Part shown: positions 12,695 to 26,600 of the stretch, in pieces
Numbering within the stretch: the stretch's first letter is position 1
How the letters are laid out: each line of letters begins with the position of its first letter
Assembly (NCBI GenBank): GCA_036172245.1
Contig: JAYWIR010000001.1
Location: 10,664,001 to 10,728,000, forward strand
Source: Raillietiella orientalis
Lineage: Eukaryota
Length of the DNA: 64,000 nucleotides
Direction of reading: 5' to 3'
Program-made: the position numbers and the translations under genes
Notes under the pieces: model-generated
What the model saw: only the letters and a program-made list of their open reading frames with translations
Database searches by the model: none
Told to the model about the DNA's origin: nothing

Positions 12695-15600
12695 CATAGC
12701 AAATAACAGGAGCACGGGTCACTGTCGATGAGTATGAAATACAAGAGACTCCACTATCATGTCTGGTAATTCCTCCTGCCTTCGGGTAGGACATTTGATT
12801 GCCTTTTCTTAACTTACAACCACTTAGCTACAACCAAACCGAGAAAATGGAGAATCCATGATAACTATTTTGCAACAAATCCATCTTCTTCTTTCTGTTA
12901 TTTTGCTGACTATGGAATTGAATCAGAAACAACCCTGATGTGATGTTGCACTCGGCGTGCAGATGGCATCCTGTGCAGCACAAGAGTCTTATTTTTAAAG
13001 CAGCTGGAGACCGTGAACTGGGGCATTATCATCAAGGATGCAGTGATCTGCTTTCCCACCTAGAATGCCAGACGTCAAACCAAGCAAGAGAACCGAATAT
13101 ACCAACAAAGTGTTCGTAAACCATGTACATTCCGAGTGGCCAGCCACGTCTCCTCTCGTGAACTTGTACGGAAATTTTCCCGGTTTGAAAGTGGAGTCAC
13201 GAAAAACACAGGAGTGATTACAAGAGGAAAAAAGGCGGAAGTGCACTGCCAAATGTATCTCCAACAGAACAACTGTTCTTCTAACGTCCACGGTCCACGT
13301 CAACGATCGCACCTCGAGCACCTCTCGGTTCGGGAAGGACGGGAAGGACTCCATGCAGAAGGAACTCTTCGTAAAAGTCCCCAGCTGCCCGGAAGTCAGA
13401 CCACTCACCTTGAAAAGCTGAAGAAAAAATTCGATTTCACGCGGAGGTCTGGCTTTCGTCATTAATTCCGCGCTTCATTGCCCATTCCGACCCCCCCCCC
13501 CCCCGATCTCCTCCCGGCGCCGCTGCTCGCGGCTCGCGCTCCTGTCGCAGGCCTACAGCGCTGCATTGTTGCGCTCTCGCGGTTTCCGCCAACTGCAGGC
13601 ACGCAGGCAGGAAAGCAGTCGGCCATTTGCAGCTTCCCGAAGTCGCCGTCATCCGCAACATCCACTTGTGACGGAAAGGTGCGGAAACTGGCAACCGGCG
13701 CGTGGATGTGTAGAATTGTGGCAGTGCACTGTGTAAATACTTGAAAAATGCAAGGATAAAGAAAACCCTTGCCTAACGCGCTTAACGACTCTGAAAGGCC
13801 GAAGTGAGAGAGAAGCGAAAAGGAGAAACCAGCGGTGCTCACCGTCGCTTCAGAGTCCATGCTGTTGCTGCCGGTGATTTCCGGAATGTACTCCATGTCA
13901 GGTGACTTTCTTGTAAAAGCAGGCACAGCAGAACTTTCCAGCTTATGCCTTTCCCTAGCTGCGCCCTCAAAGTGCCAAGTTCTCCCCTCCTGGGCAACCG
14001 TCCCATGGCCATTCCTGGTGCCGCCTCACACTGACCGGCTTCCGGGGGAAGGGAAAGGGGTATCATGTTTTTCTCTCAAATTGGTAGCTGAGGAGTCTTC
14101 ATTTCGTCTTGAAACAAGCCTCCCTTTCCCTCTCCTGCTGTGTTTTCAGCTGCGTACTTGGCTAGCGCACGAGTCATCCTTTTCGTGACAAGGGCGCCCG
14201 CTTATGGAAGGATCTACTCGTCTGCTTTTCTAACCGAGATTCGCGCTTGCGAGAACTTTCCGGCTTTAATCTGAAGGTATTCTAAGTGGCACTGCTGTCG
14301 CTTTACTGCCTACAGGCGCATCCACGCTTTCCCATCACTGATATTTTCTTCGGCCGCGCCCATCGGAACCTACCTTTCGAGTCCTCACGGGCAAGCGATC
14401 TATGACGTCGTTTGCGCTCCATCTGGAAGCTCAGTTCGGTACCTTGCCCTAGGTCCCTCCGAGGAGTTTCGAGGGAAATTAAGACCACGGGCGCTGCCAC
14501 TTCCATGGAAGACCTGCAGCGCAGTTGCCAGAGACGGCTTGGTGCGTTTAGCGAGGGCCATTCACTTCATTGCGCGTACCACGACGCTCTCCATCCACCA
14601 GGAACGGGTGCGAGCCTCCCACGGTATTCACTCCTGGTGCTCTTGTACGCTTTCTTGGCACGTCCTTTGCTTCTGCAGCCAGCGCTGCACACCATCCGAC
14701 TCTGCGCGCACGTGCTCAGCAGAGCCGCACGCTAACCGACTCTACCGTTTTCTGTAGATCAGCTGCGCCACCAGCAAGAGCTGCTTTTCACTGCTGGTTG
14801 CTGGTGGCGCAACGTCTTGATGACGGATTCTCGGAGTCGACCGACTCTGCTGAGCCTCGAACGCAGTGATGCCGCGGTGTGGCACAGAGTCGCATTTTCC
14901 TTCCAGCCCGAGGTGGGCTTCCGCTACCCAAAGTCTTTCTTTCCGCCGCCGCTACCGATGCCACGAGGCCAACACCAGAGTCTTGCCGTTTTGCGTCTCA
15001 TGCAATGACCGCATTCGCGGAGGAGTTTCACCGCCGTCTCCAAGAGGAACGGCGATGCACAAAGGAAAAGACTTGTGTGTAACGCCGAGCGAAATAAGCA
15101 TCTGAGAAGACCATGAATTTTGGTTCTAGACGGAATCCCAGAAATTCAAGTAGCTTATTTCAGAAAAGGGGGTCTTCCTTCCTCAAATCTACGGAATTTC
15201 TCTGAAATTTCAAGGAAGGCATCCGACGAAGAAACGGAAGGGAGGGGGAGGTTAGAGAGAACTTTGTCCACTGCTCCACCAAGCGCTGAAGCAGGCAGAC
15301 AGTTAAGGAGAGAAGTCCAGTGCAACATGCCTCTGCCCTTCAGACTAGCTGCAGTATCCGGTCCAAAAACGAAAGAGAAGCCGAGTAAGAAAAGGAAATG
15401 TCTCGGCGGACCGCATTGGGAGAGACACGAATCGTTGCCGGCTGGATGCGCGAGCACTCCCGCGTGCTGCTCGGAAGATGTCGCCTTGGGTAGCCTGCGT
15501 ATCCAACATACGGGAAAAAAAAAAACACTGGGAGGGACCGGAGCTCTTAGGGCACAGGAAGTCTGATCGCGAAATACCTTCTGGCTGCTGCCGAATTCCC

Positions 15601-16271
15601 ACGCGCATGGGCGGTGGTGGTCAAACATTTTGGGGAAGAAGGGGTTTTCTTGTGGGAGGCAGTCGGGTAGAGACGTGACGAGCTCTAACGGGCGTACCAA
15701 GCACGCTCATAACGATGCCTCATGGATCGCGCCAGGCCGCTGTGATCTGCGCGATTGCCCTTAGAGACAGCGCTTTGGAACAACGCCTCTTTTGTTCGGA
15801 TGCGCGCGCGCTCTCTGCTGATTCCCGGATGTTTGCGCTATTCATCTCCCCAGAAAAAGTCACCCGCAGGAAGTGCTTTTTGAGGGCGACAAGAGCGCGG
15901 TGCGGCAAACGTGTGGAACGCGTCCCTCGGCTCGGGGCGCAAATATTTCCAAATGTAATGCATGGAATGGAGGCAGCGTGCTTTCTCTCTCCCTCTCGTT
16001 TTTTCTCCCCTCTCCCGCATTGCTGAAGATGCATCGGCCTCGATCTTATCAAATGCTTGATCATCTGCAGAAAGAGCAGGAAACGAGACGGGGGCTCTCT
16101 GAAAAGCTGGAAACTTTTAATGAGTGGGTTTCAAGTCTGGAAACTTGACATCTATGGATGTGGATCTCTTGGCTCCTTGGAGGCCACTGTTGCCCGTCCT
16201 CCCTCCCTCCTTCCCAATGCAGTCGCACCATTCGCTTTTTCTTGAGAACGCTACGAATGCTGACCCATTTA

Positions 16272-16331
16272 AGCAAAACCGCTTTGAAAACGGCGAGAAC
16301 CAGCAAAACCGCTTTGAAAACGGCGAGAACC
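16272..16331. repeat. Exact 30-bp tandem duplication (2 copies)
   Basis: AGCAAAACCGCTTTGAAAACGGCGAGAACC twice, head to tail. Confidence 0.95.
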
Positions 16332-17404
16332 TTGCGGAGTTCGTGTTAGACGAGCCGTTCGTTTCATCCCGAGGGTGTAGTTCCGAGATTTAAAAATGAA
16401 CCGGGCCGACTAAAGCTAGACCGATTCTTGGATGCACATGCCGTTGCGGAAATGATGATAGCTGCCAAAGAATCTTGCAACACGCAAAAACAAATTCCTT
16501 ACTCCATACGCGTTGGGCAGATACTTGAACTCTGGCGTATAAGCACGAACCTTATCGATACTGCCCCCCCCCCCTTCCTTCCTTCCTTCCCCCCCCCCCC
16601 TCGAGCATTTAGACTTTCCCTTTCAAACCTCAGTGAATTCCATGATTGTTCCGACAAGATTTATCCCCCTAATTGAAATGTTAACGCGCCCCGGGAATCG
16701 AAACAAAACATTCTGTGGGCTTCAACATGTCAGTCTCCGGTTTTAATTTTGCCAGTTTCCAAACGCTTCATTCTTGCTCACGGGAGTAAATGCAAAAAAT
16801 AAGAGCTACACCAGCCTCCCTAAAAGCGTCAACATCTTTGCAACTATGCAGTACCTCCCTGATCAACGTGCATCAGACAGATGGAGGATGCGTAGATAAA
16901 ACAACCCCCAGTGGATTCCAGACTTCGGTTCAGAATATTTAATGGCCTCACCGTCAAGATTGAGATCATCCTTCCTGGTGGGTCGTACCGTTCCGTGAGA
17001 ATTACGACAGTGCAAGGGCAGATCTACATCTAAAGGAATAAACCTGAAGCGATGCCGCACCACGTTTCCCTTACAACTGATTGAGGCAGCCATCGACCTT
17101 TTCATTCATTACGTCCGAACTTAACGGAACAGTGAAAGTTGCTCAAAAGGCAAGAAAAAATCGTTGAAGAGGGGTTTATAGGGCTGGAGTCACGAGAATC
17201 GAGTTCCCACCGATTATGGGAGCCGCATCACACCAAAACCTCTGAGTTTCGAGGCCCTTAAGTCAACTCTGAATGATGCCCAGATACAAAGGAAAAGAAC
17301 TGCAAAGGATCAAAAATGTGGAGGATTATCAACGAGAACAAAAAAGGCATCCACGTTTTCTGATTTACCACGATAAAAAACATGCAAAACATGGTTTCTA
17401 AAAC

Positions 17405-17410
17405 TTTATT
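17405..17410 (-). promoter_or_regulatory. Putative polyadenylation signal of HINFP
   Basis: AATAAA on the minus strand about 290 nt after the HINFP stop, followed by U/GU-rich sequence. Confidence 0.5.
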
Positions 17411-17701
17411 GTTCCACTGTGCAACTTTCACCTGTAAAGTATGCATATTTGCTGCTGAGACCTGATGCAAGATTGCTTACAAACCTCTAGTACACACCCA
17501 ATTATGCACACAACTGCTTGGTTATGAAAGGAGATGCAAAGCGTTTTCAAACTGTCACAATCTGGACCCCTGTTTACTCATAAATAAGAAACACTTCTAG
17601 AATGAAACCACAAACTATAGTAGCTACAGGCTAATCATAATTTACCACAAGCTTCCATTTGTTTACCAAACTGGCTGTGTTGGCAAGGAAATGTCTGTCA
17701 A

Positions 17702-20320
17702 TCAGATCATAGAGACGTCAAGTATCACAGCTGTTTCACCAGATATGTTGTCTTTTTCGGCAACATCGACACTTTCATAGCGCACTGTTTGCAACCTCAA
17801 GAACCCATCTTCATCAGCTCGGTACAGGAAACGAGATTGACCTTTTGTCCACACAAATCGATGAATGTTGATAAGGTGGCGGGTAAGGGAATGCCCTCTT
17901 TGAAAACATTTATCACATAAATGACAAGCATATTTTTGCAAAGGCTTGCCAAGATGGTGCCTTGAATGAAGAGACATACTGCTAGCAGTGCGACAAACAT
18001 AGTCACATCCTTCCACATCACAGTGAAAGGTCTCATCTGAGTGCACAGCCAAATGCCTCATCAGATCATGATTAGTTTTGCTTGCATGGTCACAGTAAGG
18101 ACAGGAATAGGGCTTTTCACTTAAGTGGCGATAGCGAATGTGCCAATTCAATGCTGAAGGAGATGGAGCACTTGAATCACAATAAGGACAGCGATAATAA
18201 TTGATGTGAATACGAAAATGATCTCTCAACAAACGCTGGGAGGAGAAATGTTTTTTACAGTAGCTGCAAGAATAACTGTTCTCTAGTTGCAACCACTGGC
18301 GTTTGCAGTGATCATACAACTTAGTCTTATTAGCAAACAAGCCTCCACAGTGGGGGCATGCAGTTAGTTTCTCTTGTGTATGACTGCGGACATGATCCCT
18401 CATTTTGTACATTGACTGCACCTGTGCTAAACAACCTACACGAACGTGCAATTAACTGGTATTGTTTTTTTTTATATACCTTGCCACCTGCAGGGCAGTT
18501 TTTCTTTCAATTTATATCCCCTGGGACAAGACTCAACATGGGACTGCACATGCCAGTAGAAATGCTGACAGTTCACAAACGTTCGGCTGCAAATTTGCTC
18601 GCCTTCTACCCAAAAGCACATGAATGCATCAGGGAGTTCAGGGATTATGTTACGAGTGTCTTTCTGCATGTTGCATGGCTGGAAATAGATAAAAACAAGG
18701 GAACATAAAAGTTTATCCACTTGCAAGCTCTCATTCAGTTTATAATTTTTCGTATGAGTGATTCAGAAAAGAAATTAAGAAGCACTGCAATTCACAAACA
18801 AAACATAAGTAATGCTTACAAAACTCAATTTGACTTGGTGCTCACCCAAAGGGAAAAAATAAGTAAATAAATCAATAAATGTCTGCATTCCTATTTTACT
18901 ATCCTATTCATATTTATCTTGAATACACATTCACTTGAAGACATTTTCTGGTTAAATAATCACTAATAAAAAAGATGCTGTAGCACTAAAGACATTAGCT
19001 GCTCTTCTCCAGCATGAAATCACTATGATGTGCATTCACACAAAAGAGAGCATAATAGGCATTCCATCAAAAGATTAATAATTTAGGAAATATTACTCCT
19101 GTTCACTGTATCTCCCTCTAATAATCAGCTTCACAATGAAAAACAGGCAAATGTATCTCATGTGTCCTTCTGATACTCTACTTCACTCTTCACTTCCCTC
19201 AATGAGGCAATACACTGCTAAACTTTGAAAATTTCTGAAACTTTGAAAAAGAAACTATATACGAACTCAAAATAACTTAGATATTCAGGGAGTAATACAA
19301 AATCTGAGACAAAACATTTTTGGCGTTCTTATGAAACAATGCAAAACAAAGAAGGCACTTAATCTAAAGCTGTCATCCAGTTTAAGCTGACAGGAAAGCA
19401 GTAAAGAAAAAATAAATAAATAAATAAATAAAATGGGTATAAAGAACAAATGGAAATCATAAAACAATCAAAAATTAAAGTCAATTTAAGTCAGGTGTTT
19501 CTGATATCACTTGCCTACTGATCTGGAAGGGATTTCAACATCCCAGGAAGAGCACTCCCTATAAAAATACTGTAACATTAACTTAATTCAAAAATTCCCA
19601 TTTTAAAAAAACTGAATCTCGAAAGTGAACACACATACACACACGCACAAAGTCATATTTACAACTCATTTGGGCCACTTTCACTTGCAGCTCAATTTGC
19701 TGAAACACCATTCTTTGACAAAATATCAGCTATACAACAGAATGCACTCAAGGAAACAACATACCACATAAACAAAATCACTTTCACTACTACCAAAAGT
19801 TAAAAGTACTAAAAGGATTTACTGGAGCTTTGGTTTGCTTAGTCACGGATTCTCCAATACATTTGATCTTTGTGTGAAACGCATGATAATAAATGTGCTT
19901 CAAAAATTGCACCTTGTCAGAGGTCACCCAATCACAACCTTTCCAAACACATGAGAGGCTACCTACAAAAAAAACAAACAGTTACAACAAGCTATTCTAA
20001 ATGACTTTTACTGATTGAAAAGCTTATAATCGTGTACCATTGTTGCTTGTCAAGATTTCATTGCTCAAATGAAACTCCACATGATTGCAGAAATCTTCCA
20101 TCTTGTGAAAAATATCACAACACACTTTCCATTCACATAACAGGGTAAGCTTTTCCTTGGTATAAGGCACTGGTAAAATCTTGACACGTCTTTTTCTTTT
20201 TTTTCTGTTGCCACAACTACTGTGATCTGATGAATCACCTGAACTTTCGGAATCACAGGACACTTCGATCTGATATCCTTGAACTAATTCTTGGCTTGGC
20301 ACGTCTCCTTTCATCTCCAT
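17702..20320 (-). CDS. HINFP: Histone H4 transcription factor HINFP/MIZF (multi-C2H2 zinc finger), 4 coding exons, ~451 aa
   Basis: Exons 20320-20038, 19962-19823, 18678-18480 and 18435-17702 join through GT-AG introns of 75, 1144 and 44 nt into one open frame of 1356 nt. Typical HINFP motifs are present: LLCEW..C, CVW..C..HIYYHAFHTKIK, RNIIPELPD.F.C.W, RDHVRSHTQEK..ACP.CGG.FANKTK, and C-terminal RF.Y..DEDGFLRLQTVRYES. Confidence 0.93.
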
Positions 20321-20327
20321 TTTTAAT

Positions 20328-20563
20328 CTACAAAGTAATCGACTACATTCCAAATTGCACTATTTCCTCTAGCATTTACATTGTGTACACCATGAGTACA
20401 TTTACATTTGCTATAAAAAAAATAAATACTTGGCGCACACATACTTGTGGTCCTACGTTAAGCAGACTCCACTTTTTACTCCAATAACACTACATGAAGC
20501 TCACATGACTCACGTATGAAAACATCACTCTACATAGCATGCAGACATGGGCAAGGGACATAC
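20328..20563 (-). other. Probable 5'-UTR intron of HINFP
   Basis: Acceptor TACTTTGTAG at 20328, 7 nt before the ATG. Strong donor candidate AGAG|GTATGT at 20563; alternative donor GTGAGT at 20513. Confidence 0.4.
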
Positions 20564-23500
20564 CTCTACTCGCAAAAAAATTTTGTATTTTGCTTTTGGT
20601 ACTTTTCAAAAAGTCTAGCATTTGTACGCATCATTTGCTCGCGCCAGCGTTGCACGCAAAAATGCGAACATTACTAAAGTCTTTGTTGCTATTAAGAATT
20701 AATAAACCTTTCTGCACGCTGAAACAAAAAACGAATCGAGTTGGGACCTCTGCTTCATTCCATTCGTGAAGCAGAAACCTGCAGCGACGGCTTGTCCGCT
20801 CGTGAACGAAAATTGCGCGCCATGAATCACGAAAATACATTACGTTGCCAGAACAGACATTCGAAAAAAGGTCCAAATTTCATCACAATAGGTATTCTCA
20901 TGAAATGGCTCATGGGATCACTTCACATACTCATGCATTCCACTTCTGGTGTTTAGTACATTACCACAATCCAAAAGTTTCACGTTCATGGTCTGAGGTC
21001 CAAGCAGTTTTAGATTTCGAAATGGCAAAATCATCTACGGTACCATGGCTAAACGTTTTATTCTGTCTTAAAATGCTTGATAGTTCATATTATTTATATG
21101 AATCACTCTCTGGTATGCTGTGCAAGGCAGCATTTTTTGTGGGGGGGATTTGAGTACTGGATTCTTAGATTCTACATCCTTAAACAGAAAATTTTTTTTT
21201 AGGAAGGACTCTCATGAGCTTCCTCAGGCAAGAGCCACTCTTCAAGGTCCGTTCCTGCCAAGCGTCTTAACCTGCTACATTATTTTCTTTCGGATTACGA
21301 TGCAGAAACAGTAGTAAGCTAGTTTTAGAGCTCGCTATTCACAATTGTTTACTTTGGCGATGCCGCAAACTTTCTTTGAAAGTTACTCCTTCATATCCGT
21401 TTCTCGACAAGTCAGGAAAGCAATTCTTTTTGAGACATCTTCGGAATGCTACTTGCTGACTTGTGTGAAAGAAATCTCTCATAGGAACTCAATAAGTGGC
21501 ACCTGGAAAATCAGAAACTGTTCGGTTCATCGAGAAACATCAAGGAACTTTGAAGGACGCCTGCTAATAGCTTTCTGTTTGCTTGCCTGAAGCCTGATGT
21601 TCCTGGGTGCTTTGGGAACAGAGTCATCATTTTTTCTTCAGAACAATTTTTCAATACCATCGTCATTTTCTTCTTTCTTCTTATTTTTGAGTCTGTAAAA
21701 ATATTCCCAGCACTGCTACCCAGCTGTTGCCTCTCGGAAACTGCAAGCGCAATAATTTAAAGGTCGTTGAACAATCTGGCTTCTTGATTTGCTGCAAAGC
21801 TAAATTAATACACCGGAAATCAGGTACTTCGAATGCACAGGATTAAATGCACGAATAAACTTCTGCAACCCTCTAGAGACTTATGAGACATTTTTTCTGA
21901 ACTAAAAGCAATTATCCATTCACAAACTCTCATTCTTACACAAGTTCTTATTGGAAGCTGATCGATTCGCACCACTATAAATTTTGAGGTCGAACTTTCA
22001 TCCATCTTTGGTCACGATTTTTCGGTTTCCATTGCTAACGTTTACTGATTTGTGGTGAGAATCGAGTTTCCTCCTGCCACGCGATTCAGCTTCTCCTTCA
22101 ATGGGAATAGGATAGCGGTGCACTGATTTCATTTCGAAATGACGATGACAGATTTCCGCCCCCCTTCCCCCCTGCCTCAATTTCGCTATTTATCTTGTCT
22201 CCTGACGATACCGGGAATTTCTCGTGTTCCGCCAAGTCCTCTAAAAAAGGGGGTGGTGTTAAGTGCCTCGTTAGCACCCTCCGGTCAGGACAGGCATTTT
22301 GACGCAGGGAAGTAGCCTTGCTCTGTCACATGATCTTAGCAGATGAAAATTCTCCTTTCCGTAAGCGTTCTAAGATTCTTCGATCTAGACCCGAAAAATT
22401 CTCCAGTGTATTAATCCCGTCCTCCTGCTGCCTCCACTCTTCGTATCCACCAGAAAGTAGGGAACAGAAGGCAGTCATTGTTTTTGTTTTATTCCTTGGT
22501 TTGTATCATCAAGACCCTGCCGTTATCACAGGCGATTCCAAGACGGGCATCTCTGGGTTCTCTTCGTCGTGATCGGCGTCCCAGGGAAGGGCAGAAGATG
22601 AATTGGATTCTTTCCGTTCACGACTGCCCGCCACGGACATCCTCCGAGCGAGGGAGTGCACGCAGCAGCACGCCCGGTGCGCCAAGGGCGCTCCCGGGAG
22701 GCACCGCGAGCTCCGAGAGGTGCCGGCTGGGGCCGCAGGAGACCTCGGCACAGCGGAAGCCGCGAGCACCCGTCCGTGCATGCAGTCCGTCTTGCTGCCG
22801 CCGCTCTCTGGCGGAATGAACGTTCCTGAAAGGGAATTGGCCGAGCCCTGAGGATATCGAGCCTCCTCCTTCCATGCTCTCTCCATGCCACTCACTCTCC
22901 GCCGCCACTTCCTTTCTTTGTAGCCTTCTCGCCTTCCGCGCCGTCACCGAAGACGGACCGCCGCGGTCCGAGGCGACCGGTCAGCAGGCAGCCGACCCGT
23001 GCAGTCCAGATGCCACCCCGACTTGTGCACCGCCTGAAACCTCAGATGTCCCGGAAACAGTCCCTAGGGAGAACCACCCCGCGCATCCTGGCCTCGGAGG
23101 TGTCAGGAAGATCGCCTCTTCATCACCGGAGAGATGATGGGCGCAAAGGAAGAGGCACCAACGGAGAGGAGCACGCGCATCCAGGAAGGGAGGGAAGCCA
23201 GGGAGCGATCCAGAAGCGACGAATGGGATCACCTGGCCGCAGCGGGGGCGCCCCGACACGGGAGCACCAAGAGGCGCCATGACACGCATGCACAGGGGTG
23301 GGCGACGTGTGTGCACGCGCGCAGGACCCGTAGTGACATGCAGCACCTGTGAGCGCACGCGTTTACCTGTCACATTTGCGCCGCCGCATGCGCGGATGTG
23401 CACGTAAACACGCATTCGCACGACACGTGCCACGAGGACGAGGGCGCGAGCGGGCGAGACTGAGCGTGCAGGGCGCGCCAGCCTTGCGCCGAGGGGACGC

Positions 23501-23624
23501 TGCTTGGCAGACGGCCCGCGGTCGGAACGCCTAGCGACCAGGACGTTCGCGCGCGCGCGCCGCTCGTTGTTGGAGGAAGCGTTCCGAGGTTCGTGCGTTT
23601 CGCACGCGCCTTATCTTCTCTTTT

Positions 23625-23629
<5 letters not shown>

Positions 23630-23658
<29 letters not shown>
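23630..23658. repeat. (CT)n microsatellite
   Basis: About 14 perfect TC units. Confidence 0.95.
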
Positions 23659-23661
<3 letters not shown>

Positions 23662-26600
23662 CGCGCGCGTGCGCTTGCGTGCGTACTGTGAAACGGGGCT
23701 CTTAGGTTTCGAGTGCGAGCGGTCAGTGACGTCACGCGGTTACTGCCGCGCCTAGAGAGGGACCAACTGTGGAACCCCAACCAGCCCCGAGGGGACACCA
23801 TCTGCCCCTGCAGAGGACATGGGGGTAGGGGTGCCACGGCTACTCACCGCCGCCGTTCCTCCTATTCGCTCTCCTCCTTGCCTCGGGGCACCTTGCCATC
23901 CTTCAGGGAGCATCACAGGCAACCGGGAGCTCTCCCCTCTTCTCCTCCCTCGTCCCTCGCCCGCGGTGAGGAGGTGGTCAGTGCGACTGGGAGAGTCCTG
24001 GCTTTCGCTTCCGGGTGAGGGAGCGGTTTCCCTGGAGATGACGGGAAGTCGCTCCGGGGTCGAGAAAAAGTGCCGCGGAGCACCTCGTTGGTCGCTCGCC
24101 TCGCAGCGCTCGAGGTGATCGCGCCAGAGCACCCCCTGAAGGATCGCGGAAGGGCCTTCCCTCCTCCACCCGTCCTCTTCGTCTCCAAGGGGACGGCGGG
24201 TATCGGCGGAGCGAGGAGACTCCGGAAAAAGGAGGTCGCTGTCTGGAGGTGATCTCTTCCGGTTTTCCCTGCCCCTTTGTCGCATATCGGAGATGGGCGG
24301 TGAGGGTGTCCCGTGCGGCGGACAAGAGTGGAGCTTTCCTCCCCCTTTCCGCCTGATCCTCGGCAAGCAGCGGCAACGCGGTTTCGAGCTCCGCGCTCCC
24401 ACCTAGCGGGCGGGCAACGCATTACAGCCCGTCAGTCGCGAAACGCAGCCGTCCGAACCAGGGAGAAAGATGGGAGAGAGAGAGAGAGGGAGGAGGGAGA
24501 GCGGTCTCCTGGCGACCCTGCCGCTGAAGGTGCACCCTCGCTGCACGCCAGTGAAGGACGCCGACGGCCTGGTCGGACCGTCCTCGCAGGCCGGAGGAAA
24601 GCGCCATTCCCGCTCTTCTCCCACTTGGGTGCTGGAGGACTGTCCCTGCTTCCTGCTTCCGCCTCCTCACCGTCGAGCACCGAGGAGAGCCGGCCCCACA
24701 GCCGGACACGTAAGGGGAGGGGAGAGCGCGACTGGGAGAGATCGTCTCCGGAGGATGGCCTGTGTGATGCCAGGTCGCGGGGGAGGAAGGCGAGGTGAAT
24801 GACTCCTGTCCACGCGTGGACGGAGCAGGAAGGATCGCGCCCTCTTGCGGATGAGGGGCCCGGTCGGGGCGCGAGACGACCACGGCGTAGCTGTTTGCCT
24901 CAGACGAGGTCAACCGATCGAGCTGACCAAGGCAGAGCAGAAGATGTGCACGCTCTGCTGATTCCGGGAGAAGCGTCCGCCGCCGGCGTCCGGCGGGCGC
25001 CGCGAAGAACGCGAGCGGGGTCAGAGGTCGCGGGGCTCCCGGGACTTCCCGGCGAGCGACCCCGCGTCGTGGGGTCGAGTCCACGCGGCGGCGCTGATCA
25101 CGGATCCCCTGAGGCTGCGGGCCGAGGTCAGGTGGTCTTCGGAGGCCGCGGCGCGGGTCGCGCCTTTCCACGCCGAAAGGCCTCCGAACGGGGTCGGCGG
25201 AGGGGGGCGCCGCCTGGGGCGATCTCCGGCCTCCTCCGCGCGCGGCGCGGTAGGCGGTTCCCCCGGGCGGCGACTGTGCTCCTCTGCCCGGACCGAAGGC
25301 GCTCCGCAAGCGCCCTCTGCTAGGAGGCGTCGCAGCGGCGGCGGATGCCCCAAGGCGAAGTGTCGCGTGGGCCGCGCCTTCGCGCGGAACGCCGACGGGC
25401 CGCGGAGGCGGGCGTGGGCGCCGGAGAGCGCCACCCCGCTACGGGGCAGCCTCGGCGGCGCCGCCGCTGATGCGAGCGGGGCGCAGGCGCAGGAGCTCCC
25501 TGCGGGCAGCCCCCGTCGCGAGACCGGGCGAGGAAGCAGCGGGTGGACGATCCGACCGCTGCGGACCCGCGAGACCGTGACCTCTCCGGTGAGGCGCGCC
25601 TCCTCGCCGGATCGGCGCCGCGCGCGCGCGCCGTGCCGCGGCGCGCCCTCCGGCGCGGAAATGGCGGTCCTCGAGGAACTTCCGAGGTCGTGGGGCAGTT
25701 CGTCCGAGGGGCTGCCTGGATGCACCTCCGGGGTATTTGAGATGCGGGGCGGGCGGCCCCTCGGACCAAGTGAATCCTAGACTGCTTGCCGATCGGCCGC
25801 CAGGGGAGCTGCGAGTCCCTCGCGAACTCTCCGCCTCCTCCTGCTGCTGTCAGGGAGGGAAGGGAATGGCACTCTCTCCTACCCCACTCTTCCGCCACCT
25901 CCCTCCTGCTAGGATGAGAGTCTGCGGTGCGAGCACCCGAGACGGGAAGAAGAGTGCCGCCAGTACTGCCATTGCGGTGCCTCCAGAAGTCGGCTGCCGC
26001 CTCTCTGGGCCGGGACAGAAGTCCTCGGTCCTTGAGAGGGAAGGCAGGTGGCCTACCACCCCACCCCTTTCCTGTGCTCGCGCTACCGCCAGTAGCCACG
26101 GTAACGGTACGGAGTTCCTCCGAGGCGCAGGAGGGAAGGTCGCTGCGAGCACGGGACGACGATGGACAACCCTTCGGGGGAACTGGCAGTGTCCAGGCAG
26201 GTCATCTCGTGGAGAGATCGCCGCTCCTAGACTGCTTGACTCTCTCTCTTTCCTTCCCCAAGGGAGTGGTGACCCTCCCGGGTGGGATGCAAGCGTGCGT
26301 CATCGCCTCGGGTGCCATCGTCCCCTGTCATCTTGCTCGTCGAGCGCGCAGCGCTCGGCATGCAAGCGGAGCGCTCCGGGAAGATGGCCTCCTTGGGTCC
26401 CGCAGATCCTGGGATCCAGGGAGGCTGTCTAGGACCCTGGGACCGCCCTCGGAAGAGGAGGAGAGCGGTTCCTTCCGGTGGCATTCTGCAGCGGGATGAA
26501 GGCAGCCCCTCAGGTTAGGCAGCAAGCAAACCCGGCAGTGTCTCGCCGCTGCTTGGGAAGCCTCGGGGATCCGTCGCAGCGAAGCTTCCCACCATCCCGT

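Noticed and set aside
20321..20353. ORF-track N-terminal extension of HINFP from a TTG start
   Set aside because: Most of it lies upstream of a good acceptor (20328); the AAAATG at 20320 is the more plausible start.
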